Shown one piece after another: positions 39,601 through 46,519 of a stretch of DNA of 64,000 bases (position 1 is its first letter; each line of letters begins with the position of its first letter). The DNA is from a virus (lineage: Duplodnaviria; Caudoviricetes): positions 1 to 64,000 of the IMG/VR virus record IMGVR_UViG_3300028886_000070. The stretch is one strand, 5' to 3'. The notes beneath the pieces are model-generated. The model was not told the DNA's origin and ran no database searches. It saw only the letters and a program-made list of their open reading frames with translations. Both the position numbers and the translations under genes were made by a program.

Positions 39601-42600
39601 GGAAGCCGTTCCCGCCGAGCGTGAGGTCGACGAGGTTGGTGAAGTCCATGAACGACGCGGCGCGGCGGACGGCGGGCGCGATCTTCGCGACGGCGCGGAG
39701 GTACGGGGACTCCGCGTACTTCCTGTCCTGGTACGCGCAGAACGCGCCGGCGAGCGTGACGAACCCGGTCGGCGTGAGGCCGACGCCGCGACGGACGACG
39801 GTGCGCCCGTCGGAGGTCGTGGCCTCGCGGTCCACCTCCGCGGTGCACTCGCGGCGGAACGCGGCGAGGCTCCTGACGAGCTCCGTGTCGTTCGCGTCGC
39901 GGGCCTCCTGCATGGCGGTCTCGGCGATGGCGTCCACCTCGTGCACGAAGTCGGAGACGACGCCGTTGAGCGCGTTGCGGATGAGCCGCCCGTGGGACGC
40001 GTAGGCGCGCATGAGCACCGCGTTCACGAGGCCGCTCGTCATGTCCGGGTTGACCGACGGGTCGACCGGGACGACGATGTCCGAGGAGTTCGCGGAGAGC
40101 TTGCCGACGTTCACGGAGAGCGTGTACTTCTTCGGCGAGTACGCGGAGAACTCGCCCGCGTACTTCGACATGGTGTCGACCGAGACCTTCCTGTCGGCGA
40201 GCAGGCGCTCCCCGACGCGCATGTAGCCGTTCGGCCCCCAGACGTTCATCCACGTCGAGCGGACGGTCTTGTCGGACACGCCGGCGTCGCCGATCACGAC
40301 CTGCGCCTCCGGGTCCCAGTGCGACGCGATCGAGAGCTCGCGGGCGAGACGCTCGCGCGCCCAGTCCTCGTCGACGAAGTGCCCGTCGGCCTTGCGCCGC
40401 AGCATCGGGTGGAGGCGCGCGCGGGGCGCGTTCTCGCCGAGGGCGGCGATGTAGTCCGGCGCGAGGTCGAGCTCCCGGATCATCTTGAACATGTCGGTGC
40501 ACTCGACGACCTTGGCCTGCGAGAGGAGGATGCGCGCCTTCGTCGGCGCGTAGCCGAGGCGGGACATCTCCTGGCGAAGCGCCTCCTCGTCGTCGAACGT
40601 GCGGAGGTCGCGCTCGGCGCGCCCGTTCACGGTCTTGATGCCGAAGTCCACCTCGAAGCGCCCGTCCTCCGTCTCGCGGGCGGTGAGCTCCGCCGCGCCG
40701 GTCGAGTGGACGCGGAGGTCGTCCTCCGTCGCCCGCGTCGTCTTCGCGAAGTGGCGGAGGTCGCCGCGGTCGAGCATCGTCGCGAGCTTCGCCATGTTGA
40801 GAATCTTGCGGTCGCGCTCGGCAAGGCCCGCCGCCGTCCCGTCGAAGCGGAGGTTGAGCGACCACGCGACGGACTCGAGCGCGCGCCTGTCGAGGTCGGG
40901 GTGGTCGACGGAGTCGAACTTCGCGAGGTAGTCGACGACGGGCATGCTGACGCGCCCGACGGACGAGCTGTAGATCGCCTCGCGGAGCGGCACCTCGCCG
41001 TCGATGTTCTGGACGTACGCGAGGTTCTGCCCGCCGATCATGTGGAGCGCGCAGTCGTAGATCGCCGCGTCCACCATGTCGGACGACGCGGGGAGGCGCA
41101 CCATGTTGAGGATGCGCATGTCCGCGTCGAAGGACTTGGTGAGCCTGCGCGTGAGGATGTCCGCCGTCGCGATGGCGAGCTTCTCCGCCGTCCTGTCGAC
41201 GGCGTCCCTGTGGGATTCGTAGAAATCGGACGCGGAGACGGCGCTGTCCTGGTCGAACGCGCCCGCCGCCTCGTCGAAGCGGACGAACGACACGGAGCCG
41301 TCCTCCGCCGTCACGTGCTCGAGGCCCTCGGACTTCGCGACGTGCGCGAGCGCCTGGTCGCGGATGCGCCCGTCGGAGAACGAGCGGAGCTGGTGGGCGG
41401 CGAGGTACGCGCCCATGATCTGCTTCGCCCTGCCGGCGAACGCCTCGGCGGCCGCGTCCGTCACGGCCTTGCGCGAGGGCGAGAACGACCCGTTGCCGCG
41501 TCCCGCCGCGGCGGCCTCCGCCGCCATGCGGTCGCGCAGCACGTCCGCCTGCCTGCGCCACTCCGCCCGGAAGCCCTCCTTGAGGGCGCGGCACACGTTG
41601 GCCGAGAGGCCCATGTCGCGCGCCGTCCACTGCGCCGGGTTCGTCGCGGCGAGCGACATGTCGCCGGAGACGACGGCGCCCGCGAGGCCGACGATCTTGT
41701 GCGCGGCCTTGCGGAACCACGTCGGGTCCTCGCCCTCGAGCGGGGCCTCGGCCTCGTAGAGGACGCGGGCGAGCTCCGGGGCGTAGTCCACCATGGCGGC
41801 CTGCCCCTCGAGCGTCTCGCCCGCCTGCTCCGAGGAGAGCGCCGGGGTGCGGCCCTCGATCTCGTCGCTCGCAAGCTGCTGGCTCGCGAGGAGCGGGACG
41901 TTCACGATGCTGTCGGCGTTCGCCTTCGCGGCGTCCGAGAGGGTGCCGAGGAACTTCTGGTGGCGCTCCTCCCTGCGCGTCGAGACCTTCTCCCGCGTCT
42001 CGATCTCGGAGCGGATCGAGTCCGCCGTCTCCTTGTCCCCGGCGGCGTCCGCCTCGTCGAGGCGCGCCTGGAGCTCCGCGACCTCCCTGCGGTCCTGCTC
42101 CGCCATCGCGTCGTGCGCGGCGAGGTACGTGCCGAACTTCATCGAGACGACGCTGTCGTGCCGGAGCGCGTCCTCGATGCCGGCGAGGCGGGCGCGTATC
42201 TCCTGTAGCTTGCCCCCGCCGCCCACGGCGGACTGGAGGCGGAGCGTCGCGGCGCGCGTCACCATCGGCATGGCGAAGCCGACGGCCTCGGCGGTGAGCT
42301 GGTCCCAGCCGGGGTACAGGCCCTTCACGGCCTCCTTGAGGTTGGAGAAGAAGTCGTGCTCGGCGCGGTCGTCGAGGCCGAGCATCCCCTTCACGACGTC
42401 GCTGTAGCGCTCCTCGAACATCTCGCCGAGGATTCCGTCGTACCCCATCTGCTCGTACATGTTCATCACGGTCTCGGGGCCGATCTGGTGCTTGGCCATC
42501 CAGTTCGCGACCGCGAAGCGGGCGTAGGACTTGTACTGGAGGTCCTTCACGCCGTCGTCGTACATCTTCTTGAGCGCCTTCTGCGCGAACGCCTCGACGT

Positions 42601-44341
42601 TCCCGCCGACCGCGTCGCGCAGCTCCTGGCGGAGCCCGGACGACGAGCCGGACATGACGGCGGTGCGGATCGCGGAGCGGTCGGCCTCCGCCGTGACGCC
42701 GAGCGCGCGGATGACGGCGTCGGCCTTCTGCCCCTGCGCCTTCTTGAGGAAGGACTCGCGGGAGCCGAAGACGTCGCCGATCCACTGGCGAATCTTGCCG
42801 CCGAACGCCACGGCGGTCTCGCCCTCCGTCGGGACGATGCCGAGAATCTCGGACGAGGCGGGGCGGACGAGGCCCCTCATGCCCGCGTTCTCGAGGCCGA
42901 GCCCGGCGGCGCGGACGAGCGACTTGAGGCCGCGGCCCGTGTTCTCCGAGACGTACTCGAGGAGGTTCATGCCGAACGCGATCGACTCGGCGTTCTCCAT
43001 GAGCTCGCGGTTGCCGGTCATCAGCGCGGACTGGCGGAGCGACAGCTCCGACTGGCTCACGGTGCGGTCGGCCCCCGCGGCGGCCGCGACGAGCGGCTGG
43101 GCGGCGTAGGCGTTCGGGGCCATGAGGAGGGCGCCCTTTATCGGGGCCTCGACGAAGAACGTGCCGACGGCGTCGGCGAGCGCGCGGCCCGCCTTCGTGT
43201 GGTTCGTGAAGAGGACGGTGGACTCCTCCGCGCCCCACGTGCCGAAGTCCATGAGGCCACGGGAGACGTTCTGCCCGAGCCACTGGGTGAAGCGGTTGAG
43301 GTTGTTGCGCATCGCGCCGTGCGCGTTGCGGGCGAGCATCTGCGCGAACTCGTGCTCCGCCCTCGCCTTCGCCATCGACTGAATGGCCTCGGCGGACATC
43401 CCCTTGTACATGGGGTTGCCGGTCATCGTCTTCGACGCGACGAGCCCGGCGACGCGGTTCACGATGCGCTCGCGCGCCTCGCCCTCCGCGATGCCGGCGA
43501 AGGTCTTCCCGGCGGCCTTCTCGACGGACTCGCGCGCGAAGTGCTCGGTGGCCTCGCGGGCGAGCGTCTTGGAGGCGCGGGTCATCCCGAGGTGGATCGC
43601 CTCCTTCGAGCCTCCGTAGAGCGCGGTGCGCGCCGCGCCGAGCGTGCCGCCGCTCGCGAGGAACTCGACCATGAAGCCCGGGGCGGCGCGGATGATGTCG
43701 CCGACCGTCGCGCCCCAGGAGCCGTTCGAGCGGTACTCCTGCTCGGCCATGTAGAGGCGCGTCTTGATGAGCTCGTCGTCCGAGACGGGTTCGCCGTCCT
43801 GGAGCTTCTTCATCGTCTCGTTCACTGTCACGGCGTCGGCGATGGAGCCGCCGACGGAGGCGACGAGCCCGAGGAACGGGAGGTCGGACCACTGGAAGTC
43901 GGTGATGGCGTCGAGGAACCCGCGCTTCACGCCGCGCCGGTTCTTCTCGCCGAGCTCGAGGAGCCTGCGCCCCGCCTCCGTCTTCTGGAGGGTCTCGGCG
44001 GCGATCTCCTTGCCGAACACGCTCAGGCCGGCCACGGTGTCGGCGGTGTAGTCCGCCGTCATCCCGGTGCGCTCGCCGTAGCGGACGGTCTTCTCGCCGA
44101 ACGGGTCGGTGTCGAGCTGGAAGATGTCGCTCGCCCTGCCGATCCTCTTCGCGGCGGGGTCGGGCCCGTCGGCGTAGTTCACCTGGGGCACGAGGGGCTC
44201 CTCGGCCTGCGCGAGGAGGTCGGGCTCGCGGTTGGGCGAGGAGAGCCAGGACATGTGGGCGGAGTACAGGGAGTCTTCCGCGGGCGGAACGGAAGAGCCG
44301 AGGCCCCCGAAGGCGCCCGGCGCGTCGTCATTCAATGCCAT
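24617..44341 (-). CDS. giant (6574 aa) virion polyprotein: putative two-barrel RNA polymerase plus zincin protease plus Rossmann/SLOG-like domain
   Basis: GAAGGAGG RBS and own promoter; LKAH/FGKS/SYKIG lysines (aa 2851, 2866, 2913), PRTPS (R3344), GCDHDGDK (aa 3402-3406), HEYFH...EERMAEAF (aa 4586 onward); located in the ejected-protein block. Confidence 0.8.
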   Translation of the reverse strand: MALNDDAPGAFGGLGSSVPPAEDSLYSAHMSWLSSPNREPDLLAQAEEPLVPQVNYADGPDPAAKRIGRASDIFQLDTDPFGEKTVRYGERTGMTADYTADTVAGLSVFGKEIAAETLQKTEAGRRLLELGEKNRRGVKRGFLDAITDFQWSDLPFLGLVASVGGSIADAVTVNETMKKLQDGEPVSDDELIKTRLYMAEQEYRSNGSWGATVGDIIRAAPGFMVEFLASGGTLGAARTALYGGSKEAIHLGMTRASKTLAREATEHFARESVEKAAGKTFAGIAEGEARERIVNRVAGLVASKTMTGNPMYKGMSAEAIQSMAKARAEHEFAQMLARNAHGAMRNNLNRFTQWLGQNVSRGLMDFGTWGAEESTVLFTNHTKAGRALADAVGTFFVEAPIKGALLMAPNAYAAQPLVAAAAGADRTVSQSELSLRQSALMTGNRELMENAESIAFGMNLLEYVSENTGRGLKSLVRAAGLGLENAGMRGLVRPASSEILGIVPTEGETAVAFGGKIRQWIGDVFGSRESFLKKAQGQKADAVIRALGVTAEADRSAIRTAVMSGSSSGLRQELRDAVGGNVEAFAQKALKKMYDDGVKDLQYKSYARFAVANWMAKHQIGPETVMNMYEQMGYDGILGEMFEERYSDVVKGMLGLDDRAEHDFFSNLKEAVKGLYPGWDQLTAEAVGFAMPMVTRAATLRLQSAVGGGGKLQEIRARLAGIEDALRHDSVVSMKFGTYLAAHDAMAEQDRREVAELQARLDEADAAGDKETADSIRSEIETREKVSTRREERHQKFLGTLSDAAKANADSIVNVPLLASQQLASDEIEGRTPALSSEQAGETLEGQAAMVDYAPELARVLYEAEAPLEGEDPTWFRKAAHKIVGLAGAVVSGDMSLAATNPAQWTARDMGLSANVCRALKEGFRAEWRRQADVLRDRMAAEAAAAGRGNGSFSPSRKAVTDAAAEAFAGRAKQIMGAYLAAHQLRSFSDGRIRDQALAHVAKSEGLEHVTAEDGSVSFVRFDEAAGAFDQDSAVSASDFYESHRDAVDRTAEKLAIATADILTRRLTKSFDADMRILNMVRLPASSDMVDAAIYDCALHMIGGQNLAYVQNIDGEVPLREAIYSSSVGRVSMPVVDYLAKFDSVDHPDLDRRALESVAWSLNLRFDGTAAGLAERDRKILNMAKLATMLDRGDLRHFAKTTRATEDDLRVHSTGAAELTARETEDGRFEVDFGIKTVNGRAERDLRTFDDEEALRQEMSRLGYAPTKARILLSQAKVVECTDMFKMIRELDLAPDYIAALGENAPRARLHPMLRRKADGHFVDEDWARERLARELSIASHWDPEAQVVIGDAGVSDKTVRSTWMNVWGPNGYMRVGERLLADRKVSVDTMSKYAGEFSAYSPKKYTLSVNVGKLSANSSDIVVPVDPSVNPDMTSGLVNAVLMRAYASHGRLIRNALNGVVSDFVHEVDAIAETAMQEARDANDTELVRSLAAFRRECTAEVDREATTSDGRTVVRRGVGLTPTGFVTLAGAFCAYQDRKYAESPYLRAVAKIAPAVRRAASFMDFTNLVDLTLGGNGFLDAAVENAAGGVADAGSQRGIRQLMSYAAGNPNALRDAVRESLPGGLGYTAFLNGCITRLSSMAKSGAPVITEEEKEALRSSARQAESGEPDAALLGHYTFVGQLYGVVRKVLDSGRDVPAATAEFFRQVAEDALASDSGSTEQQRIALRASVREMKKAATVDESLNEYARVKAQYEDAARQVETLRGQVVGLRRQLLEARRGRAEAPAPGAIADAQTALDSAANDLTEKKRALDEATKPVQSVLKGGRSAAADGARNASDNGTADDGESFSTMYGEEEPAPLPSAFGTRARSEERAFSERYGAETIEGRRMTRSQARLAVNVCVRSALSLGEGVSEETVAETARRMFPALADEELDDIRVAYRVADAARIRANAGWDGFVVSGAKWRFSQEEKESEDVSSDNFNDQALAEYNSEAMEDFLALAQRVSPETGRNLQGFLRLAREASRMGVDRAAELAEDYPDEARDAIGFLFRLLNPKMNPAGRTQAEHDALHRETLLEFDSADSPADRHVKALLADAGGYPLSRRGAFLVAYLSALPREARIRFGKLMAHSVAASPIRLNRETGRMAPAFRAAHGKVGENIVTNGFAAIVGKSRQELRDAADRLRTLVGELRDTGEFAALGQGSSARSVLERNASLVAEILASEFGTESPLYSALASGLAHNAWADLTEKRIRDLAASVSFRENKKGAAEDIDLVETVCSTLDALAESGSGPVRRSEVATAFTAAFATGNPRRSSLREAKRSPSISDPLMTFLTTFSDALPTTIMTAEIDPERDSEGSSVVISPRDLVPIVAKWLYKDGKLGGVSFAEVCERAFGVTDPAEINRCRQDACWPDARHTPICAKNVSASYDSVELREACRKAYADTSQPVYWVQVFSGDHGSSTLLQVPRAVRILPDGSFLPSAQDQTPEDNPTYRERKGRTGSHVLPSTGNRHKAKDQAKFNQLGGITRFIGFGSGSTAAYAEHFADIANTGRYTSQDVVGVSINGRRKDRVGIDDPSLRAELDAATKAGAVIVADAKAYRSSSSYNVGEKELEQYLGSNGYAEIEGSGIWVPEGRDTATYDQLAKGVSKAIGLDRMFTDAKRSAISSLEAQGTGMIGVETQAVEPPAPEGEPVKAVLKGSTLYDEKGLYVLALPATVKKLAALDPGGTLTQKFTPASKGRENARGLGASAVVEHEGRVYQVSYDVGEDGLANSVTYTRVDGRPPEVKRRFGENRVHILKIRRSERMADAKAQKKFDKLAAEAWKGSTFMRGYGAQALKEMAQDPRSATLKAHVVSTQGEDLFFGKSLSVATGEEGGQFLEGSSERLVMDYLEKWRGSDKLSTDFLTDFDSYKIGVANSKALRVGGKAVMEHVFSVLESLAASGVKFDRMTGDELDEKVGPLRVEDLAEGTVRDVKLSELMPGVVANSVDGFDGETAIDLSYQENGAMAYTVANVSHTSGIPAEPGRAARNYEVDAVTMATALTRGGWMGEDGTTVPELLDLVANWGLVAGTVYSDPRMAASLRRQSQSLLELARYGESPRGQNALEELARMVWSKTRQASNLPLSGIDAPLVSSGSFCDDEGNVFCHSKSPMHRAMMQGSTLFTEDEARFFGVPRRVALCNVNVRSNGFRYGWFLDEEAFESSEAFAADIAAAELDAAGSPGADTRGHVRALALGRAFTRLRDLQRRAEPGREGADEAKAEAKKLREAIAGVFLDHHGQKISEHGDRYVERFGIEDLFMRDADRGRGDVFDLSAVQFGDDAVTLDADGKSHLFLGGTMFGLPRTPSYNGSMWLQVVRAGLPVTEIEYEGTDSEGKAAKRWKVGRDAMVSPDPTTNAILGCDHDGDKTKLYMLTVDADGSTRFSNPPAPSADASTFASDPSARDRYLGDLAAAGFLQKTVWNDEEQREEDVPDGESPEGWYYRVAEPVRRRVSNSFVRGLFSMARRLPTDAEEIGADGRARVVPRASEKGGARRKFLGGIASRPTNPFPTSNKDAVMEHALPPVLDADHTIGDPETASVASAAALDASKARGVIVSLARSLHLAWTSGFFTSGDMSLFNGDESPADWFRFMYHVDGLSNATFDDLKEQMCGRLGWTSGMMDTVITELLINRPGGGRLPVTDEDFAKVLASYSSEVKSKGRFWQMLRASRVGDMDARRYVCSAVLGGGDRLYRSNVVDAFGIEGSGTAKDPWRASGDPSTYGAALVAAVESVADGLAEGGGRKAVSAIVEGVARGRGSNPMAGYVAWLVREELGLEKGESGATAMPDGSSQDIVAALAASPRVRDFAEWILKRQVLMSARSFGNSVNYLVADPGDDMATGRRDRTVQAFKSVVQRLGDDAASRDRAVLMLPNGRTYDLMSAFERMHAATRLSYEIGDGLRTVAARAITAAERRFSQTFPEQFRDAAEDVPGKRRALAKLLLRDGLDSWDRLALQSNAQQLPYVCGLFRSMADLSVEVGDTFVADGRGLYSALKAIASGARDALQWASPNGDFSLDPGVLEMRQGIEAMFTLMYELMSTSREYNRPDGNKAIAYVRLAPDRAYGEVEVEDERTGKPKTTLPYGEAGRGLSRLVANFQANDDESILRIRAMFAEVIAGAAFGGTRHHNEDAADASSIITRTFSLSRESIEQLVTEKLGRKFEGKSDEERLDALDPETRRVVVKARAALFRLEEVFGEGVAVTPSMMFGQLIPAYTVLTSRTLGAPTPQSPSIVNLLPARYYESLSDAEAELNAADEGFVDLLVSTDWAPKSLARRKRLAKIGAKAKRRLVADTSFSEEDYDSLAGYAADTAASLAGSDSFYPAVSGALARVRDKWRRGVSEGRENPDFRNSCDIFADDVFSDILDYMDGGWGDSYRRAASDSAPARAGEAAGGFSVPQAKALKDGQYDPRVAEVALAMSAMLGSWASVEYSGGPSFVIRGALRGDAGANARAVLSVTVGEGPLCDTPEQVSALADSRDYAESLCASADLGITPDDFLRMPRRVREGLVRRYGVGGATMNRVVSSVDARGIATLCGAIRLPADAGTKVYHEYFHAMMRMFDACGVLSAEDRSQLAKRFNADGSDAWTGETEERMAEAFRKWVEGNTEETAEVRGVFRRIFDFLRGLFEALVHGFSYEEMPEDTIFKMAVHGIAQTSDARRKELLGEDLANLDQASVAEAVRARLAETRAAMYAGKSEAELLAEATAPREATGSVEEIEDTPGAVFSQEDVDASREVESVLAEMLDDPATGADALKDVLSAYAPLRAEMAEAAGLEVKGALSGESYATRRTETVVPGSNEARDAEVAAAARAATYPMVEASDFYRTARMINQALEEGLRSGGSWQRPLEYIRAKYAAPVWDSAATEALDRAAVLHGLRRALVTINPEAAAAFDDLDIAKSLAFEAALRMYHSLESSFLAQTRVDGRTGNVLTNAVGARQARHASQFQVSAWIMSAKPSSATELAREARDEIRSILASTTGGTARAEVKMHLDMMEKLLLVVGDQTRLMEYRRTQGMRIVNDVISTLRAGVKDVAFDDNGFMADLRPIDVDDPEAELTPENIHTENPKSAEHLRTFLGSWRERGVQRSLKLALTTAWQVAAMAKFYQELDVVPATAEDIAFQREIMRRHRLPPHVTAAEWAANQAIGDSNLVDQNQGLVDYFNQSFFIANNCDAWLSSLVRKSFGAQDNIGAMMAAENREYAAVKGEIARLENYYSFLFGDNVEDGGEILKLLKQKGEYAFEDGSVVRREGAEYVKFDNYRRVTCRVRMTEDDLRTIDLYKKMCAGHANGQKEIVTGVDRLYFSVDMADRGADFYSRESVMRRWNEGNPAEQMDALEIALVRLTKQLPESIIGRDGLNLYDRLVNGAVAAMRRARAGMARRTESPDDSALFNSLVIGDLRRSGLVVGHNPGGKRWADGRRIWKTAAVSVRCDDIDRMFKSSAAYAKLTSKEGGRTPQMLDRDRVASEFMAVYRKAVMFAKQHPWLTHGDGRYFNAFGTALPFWRGTGVFMYNAVRANRNAAEEMLGELPAAEAAFVKAANSADATKPVASLDPSEAVPLLDMLADAYGVPERGMALKDLVAAGEFAVEGEGRSARTGLVLAADATKADVARAVYDRLVDIVWDQRIDGRASGWGAVGNGLMDAVKGRARRGFDVRSAERVLAALESGREQAGELFGGRVGITDEQAFRRYGVLPANYQIGHKVHAAIDGLTNAMMARSTLVNMLLTPAHDGAPTYYADPAQHAAELSGVPDELWHQIARWWSEYNGLSDHGYDPAKSGVQNAHDIFTALHEAGKDGKGNTRIGGKRYVLVSGDDGDVMSVNGWLVREDDQLGEESSALNALGGGEALGYLKQFTQAGRILGFGGPAVRATLHRCLSWSKSMSVSFSFFFPLATKWESPIGAVGAMATMCSNLEFMDKWAKSNPELFAGVQKLFGGKGWITKDFLGFQDIMRMMDSNDPFLAELYAWGSALGVTFSSRLVNPMEPTKSAMASDINRLKEALRRSFGAQTAAKFGRIMETMALRQGDKAFSYALNATKLAVIAQLAMKLRHQAQARGKAFDPVRDLKRYGGYINAEIGGIDPLRYAWAHPMNRALMNTLMFSWQWTRGAWEAGGGGVIEDMLFGGHSVTRQEREYLLGRWCRMFGAVMIGVPALMQCLAMGLAKCLGGGDDDDDRWFTWQNEDKTRWTAFDLTPLLKAIERFDDTRLGGALKAFKKNGGPAAAMVGGAAGAFLGGRGGNWLTGAIGGAMGAGVGSLVPSLVPMYTGDDAANRTSRNRRYYMHFGKQGWEFFRWFDDASAQFFSKLSMPTQRILEGIMGRNLAYLDRALPWDDKGQFERWLDPTTDGALFNLAQAFLPFTVGGVTRTGDAGILPVFGPVQMGASQTNIQDRLEKALTAWAYNDRANYAFGVRKGRGSMLARNAVNDILADARRNGLDPRRQLDKALGRVLTKAYGEFFEALPDDLSKPFDTERLNRVARVLDRLGAKRRAVMRSIRDRMKAQGRDWKKNLTPEERAIMRAVIRGSLKNPYRTLAVEPPKPMDY

Positions 44342-44391
44342 GAGGTTCCTCCTTCAGGCGGGTGCACGGCGTGGGAAAGTTCATGGGCGAT

Positions 44392-44420
44392 ATTATACCA
44401 TAATCGCCCCGATTACTCAA
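44392..44420 (-). promoter_or_regulatory. sigma70-like promoter, class II, for the giant gene
   Basis: TTGAGT-17 nt-TATAAT with TATGG immediately before the -10. Confidence 0.7.
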
Positions 44421-44430
44421 CCGCGCTTCG

Positions 44431-46509
44431 TCAGTCCTTCTGCTCTTCGCGCAGCTTGGCGGCGAGGGCGTCCTGCCGGGCCTTCATGTTCCACTCGTAC
44501 TCCTTCGCGAGCCCGTCCTGGTCGGCCTGCACCTTGCGGAAGACCTCGGGGTCGGTGGAGTACCTTCCGCCGGTCGCCTGGTCGTAGTCGATCAGCTGGC
44601 GGCGGATGACGGGGAAGTTGAGCTCGGGGTCGCGCGCCTGCTTGCCGGTCCTCGGGTCGATCTCCCGGACGTAGCCGGGCATCGTCACCATGGCGCGGCG
44701 CCACGCGGCGCGGTAGTCCTTGCCGGAGCGCTTCATGTCGTGGAGGATGGCGGCGAGGCCGGAGGCCCTCGACTGGGCGTCGGGCTCGGTCATGCCGTTG
44801 GCCATGTTGCGGCGGACGAGCTGGGCGCGCATGGCGCGGATGTCGTCGTCCGCCACGTTGCCGGCGACCCACGCCCTGTAGGCGGCGACGGCGGACGGGT
44901 ACTGCCGGGCGAACGCGGGCTCCGCGTAGGCGAGGCGGGTGATCGTGTCCTGCACGTTCACGCCGGAGCCGTTCACGACGCCCTTGAGAATCTCGTCGGC
45001 GAGGATGCGGGAGGCGAGCCTCCCGGACTTGCCGTGGAAGGACGCGCCGATCGCGTCGGAGAGCCCCTCGCGCAGCTCCGCGTTCGACTCCCTGCGGGAG
45101 ATCGCGGCGCGGAGCGCGGAGCCGACGTCGCGGTGCGACACGGCGTGCGGGACGGCGAAGCGGTAGAGGAACTCCTGCGCGTCGGAGGCGATGGCGTCCG
45201 CGCCCACGCAGCCGGACGTGCCGCCCGTGCGGCCCTCAACGGTGTTGCGCTCGCCGCGCCTGCCGGACAGGGACTCGACCGCCTCGGGCGTGAAGTCGCT
45301 GCCGCCGGTCACGAGGTTCGAGAGGCCGCGCCGGACGCCCCGGAGGGCGTGGACGATGTTGCCCGGCCTCTGCGGGAGGCCGGCCCCGGCGCGGAACGCG
45401 TAGTCGCCGATCTCGGCGTTCACGTTCTGGCCCGCGCCCTTCGCGGACGAGCGGATGTCCACGCCGTAGTCGAACGCGGCGCGGAACTCGTTCGCGGCCT
45501 CCTTGAAGGCCCTGCGGAAGGCGGGGTTCTCGAGGTCGATGTTCTGGCTGTTGGCGGCGAAGGTCTTGACGGTGGAGAGGAGCGCGGCGTCGAACCAGCG
45601 GCGCTGGTCGCCCGTAATCTTCTTGTCCCCGAAGAGCGAGCCCGCGAGGTCGCTGTACAGGTTGAGCGTCCTGTCGGCCACGTCGCGGGGCGTGAGCCCG
45701 TCCGTGCGCATCGCCTGCGCGATGCCGACGATGGAGCGCAGGGCCTGCGGCGCGCCGCCGGACTCCTGGTGCGTCGAGTGGACGAAGTCCACGACGGACG
45801 CCGCGCCCTCGCCGAACGCGCCGCGCAGGTCGTCGCGGAGCTCCGCGACGGCGTTGGCGGTCTGCTTGAGCTGGAGGTGGTTCGGGACGACGCCCGCCGC
45901 CGTTCCCTTCGCGGACTCGTTGAGGAACGGGGTCACGAACGGGCGCATCATGGCGCGGTCGAGGTCGTCGAACTGGCGCGTCGCCGTGCCGTCCGCCGAC
46001 GTCTCCGTGCGCCCGTAGAACATCCCGGCGATGGTGGAGTTGAAGCCGAGCCCCTCGAGGCTCGAGCGGTCCTTCACGAAGGAGCTGCCCGCGCCCAGCA
46101 CCTCGCCGAGCGTCATGGTCTGGCCGTACGCCTTCACCTCCGCGCCGTCGAACCCGCCGGTCACGGCGAGCTGCGCGCGCTTCGCGAGCGCGTCCCCGAG
46201 CGCCCCGGCGTGCTTCGTCGCCGCGAGGTCGAGGAGGCCGTCCCTGTTGCGGGCGACCGTGTCCTGGAGCTCGTCGTAGTACTGCTTCGCCTCGGCGAAC
46301 GCCCCGGAGTTGACGAGCGACTGGAGCTTCGTCACGTAGCGGTCCATGTTCCAGGCGAAGCCCGACACGGAGCCGCCGCTGGCGATGTCGTCGCGCAGGG
46401 CCGCCTCCCTCGCGTCCGCCTCGTGCATCGAGGGGAGCGGAGGCGGCTGGAGCGACTTCACGTAGCGGTCGACGTACCTGTCGGGGGTGTCTATGGGTTC
46501 GTATGCCAT
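44431..46509 (-). CDS. putative internal (ejected) virion protein, 692 aa
   Basis: Helical and Ala/Gly-rich; immediately upstream of the giant gene. Confidence 0.6.
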   Translation of the reverse strand: MAYEPIDTPDRYVDRYVKSLQPPPLPSMHEADAREAALRDDIASGGSVSGFAWNMDRYVTKLQSLVNSGAFAEAKQYYDELQDTVARNRDGLLDLAATKHAGALGDALAKRAQLAVTGGFDGAEVKAYGQTMTLGEVLGAGSSFVKDRSSLEGLGFNSTIAGMFYGRTETSADGTATRQFDDLDRAMMRPFVTPFLNESAKGTAAGVVPNHLQLKQTANAVAELRDDLRGAFGEGAASVVDFVHSTHQESGGAPQALRSIVGIAQAMRTDGLTPRDVADRTLNLYSDLAGSLFGDKKITGDQRRWFDAALLSTVKTFAANSQNIDLENPAFRRAFKEAANEFRAAFDYGVDIRSSAKGAGQNVNAEIGDYAFRAGAGLPQRPGNIVHALRGVRRGLSNLVTGGSDFTPEAVESLSGRRGERNTVEGRTGGTSGCVGADAIASDAQEFLYRFAVPHAVSHRDVGSALRAAISRRESNAELREGLSDAIGASFHGKSGRLASRILADEILKGVVNGSGVNVQDTITRLAYAEPAFARQYPSAVAAYRAWVAGNVADDDIRAMRAQLVRRNMANGMTEPDAQSRASGLAAILHDMKRSGKDYRAAWRRAMVTMPGYVREIDPRTGKQARDPELNFPVIRRQLIDYDQATGGRYSTDPEVFRKVQADQDGLAKEYEWNMKARQDALAAKLREEQKD

Positions 46510-46519
46510 CTTCCCTCCG

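Noticed and set aside
24401-42208. Huge + strand ORFs (3293 aa, 2620 aa) and alternative-frame - strand ORFs (2823 aa, 2554 aa) over the giant gene
   Set aside because: Shadow ORFs caused by extreme GC3 and near-absence of TTA/CTA/TCA codons; Arg/Ala/Gly-rich, with no motifs or RBS
24617-44341. N4-type (T7-like single-subunit) virion RNAP interpretation
   Set aside because: I did not recognise the T7-type motif A/B/C set; the motifs seen fit the two-barrel class
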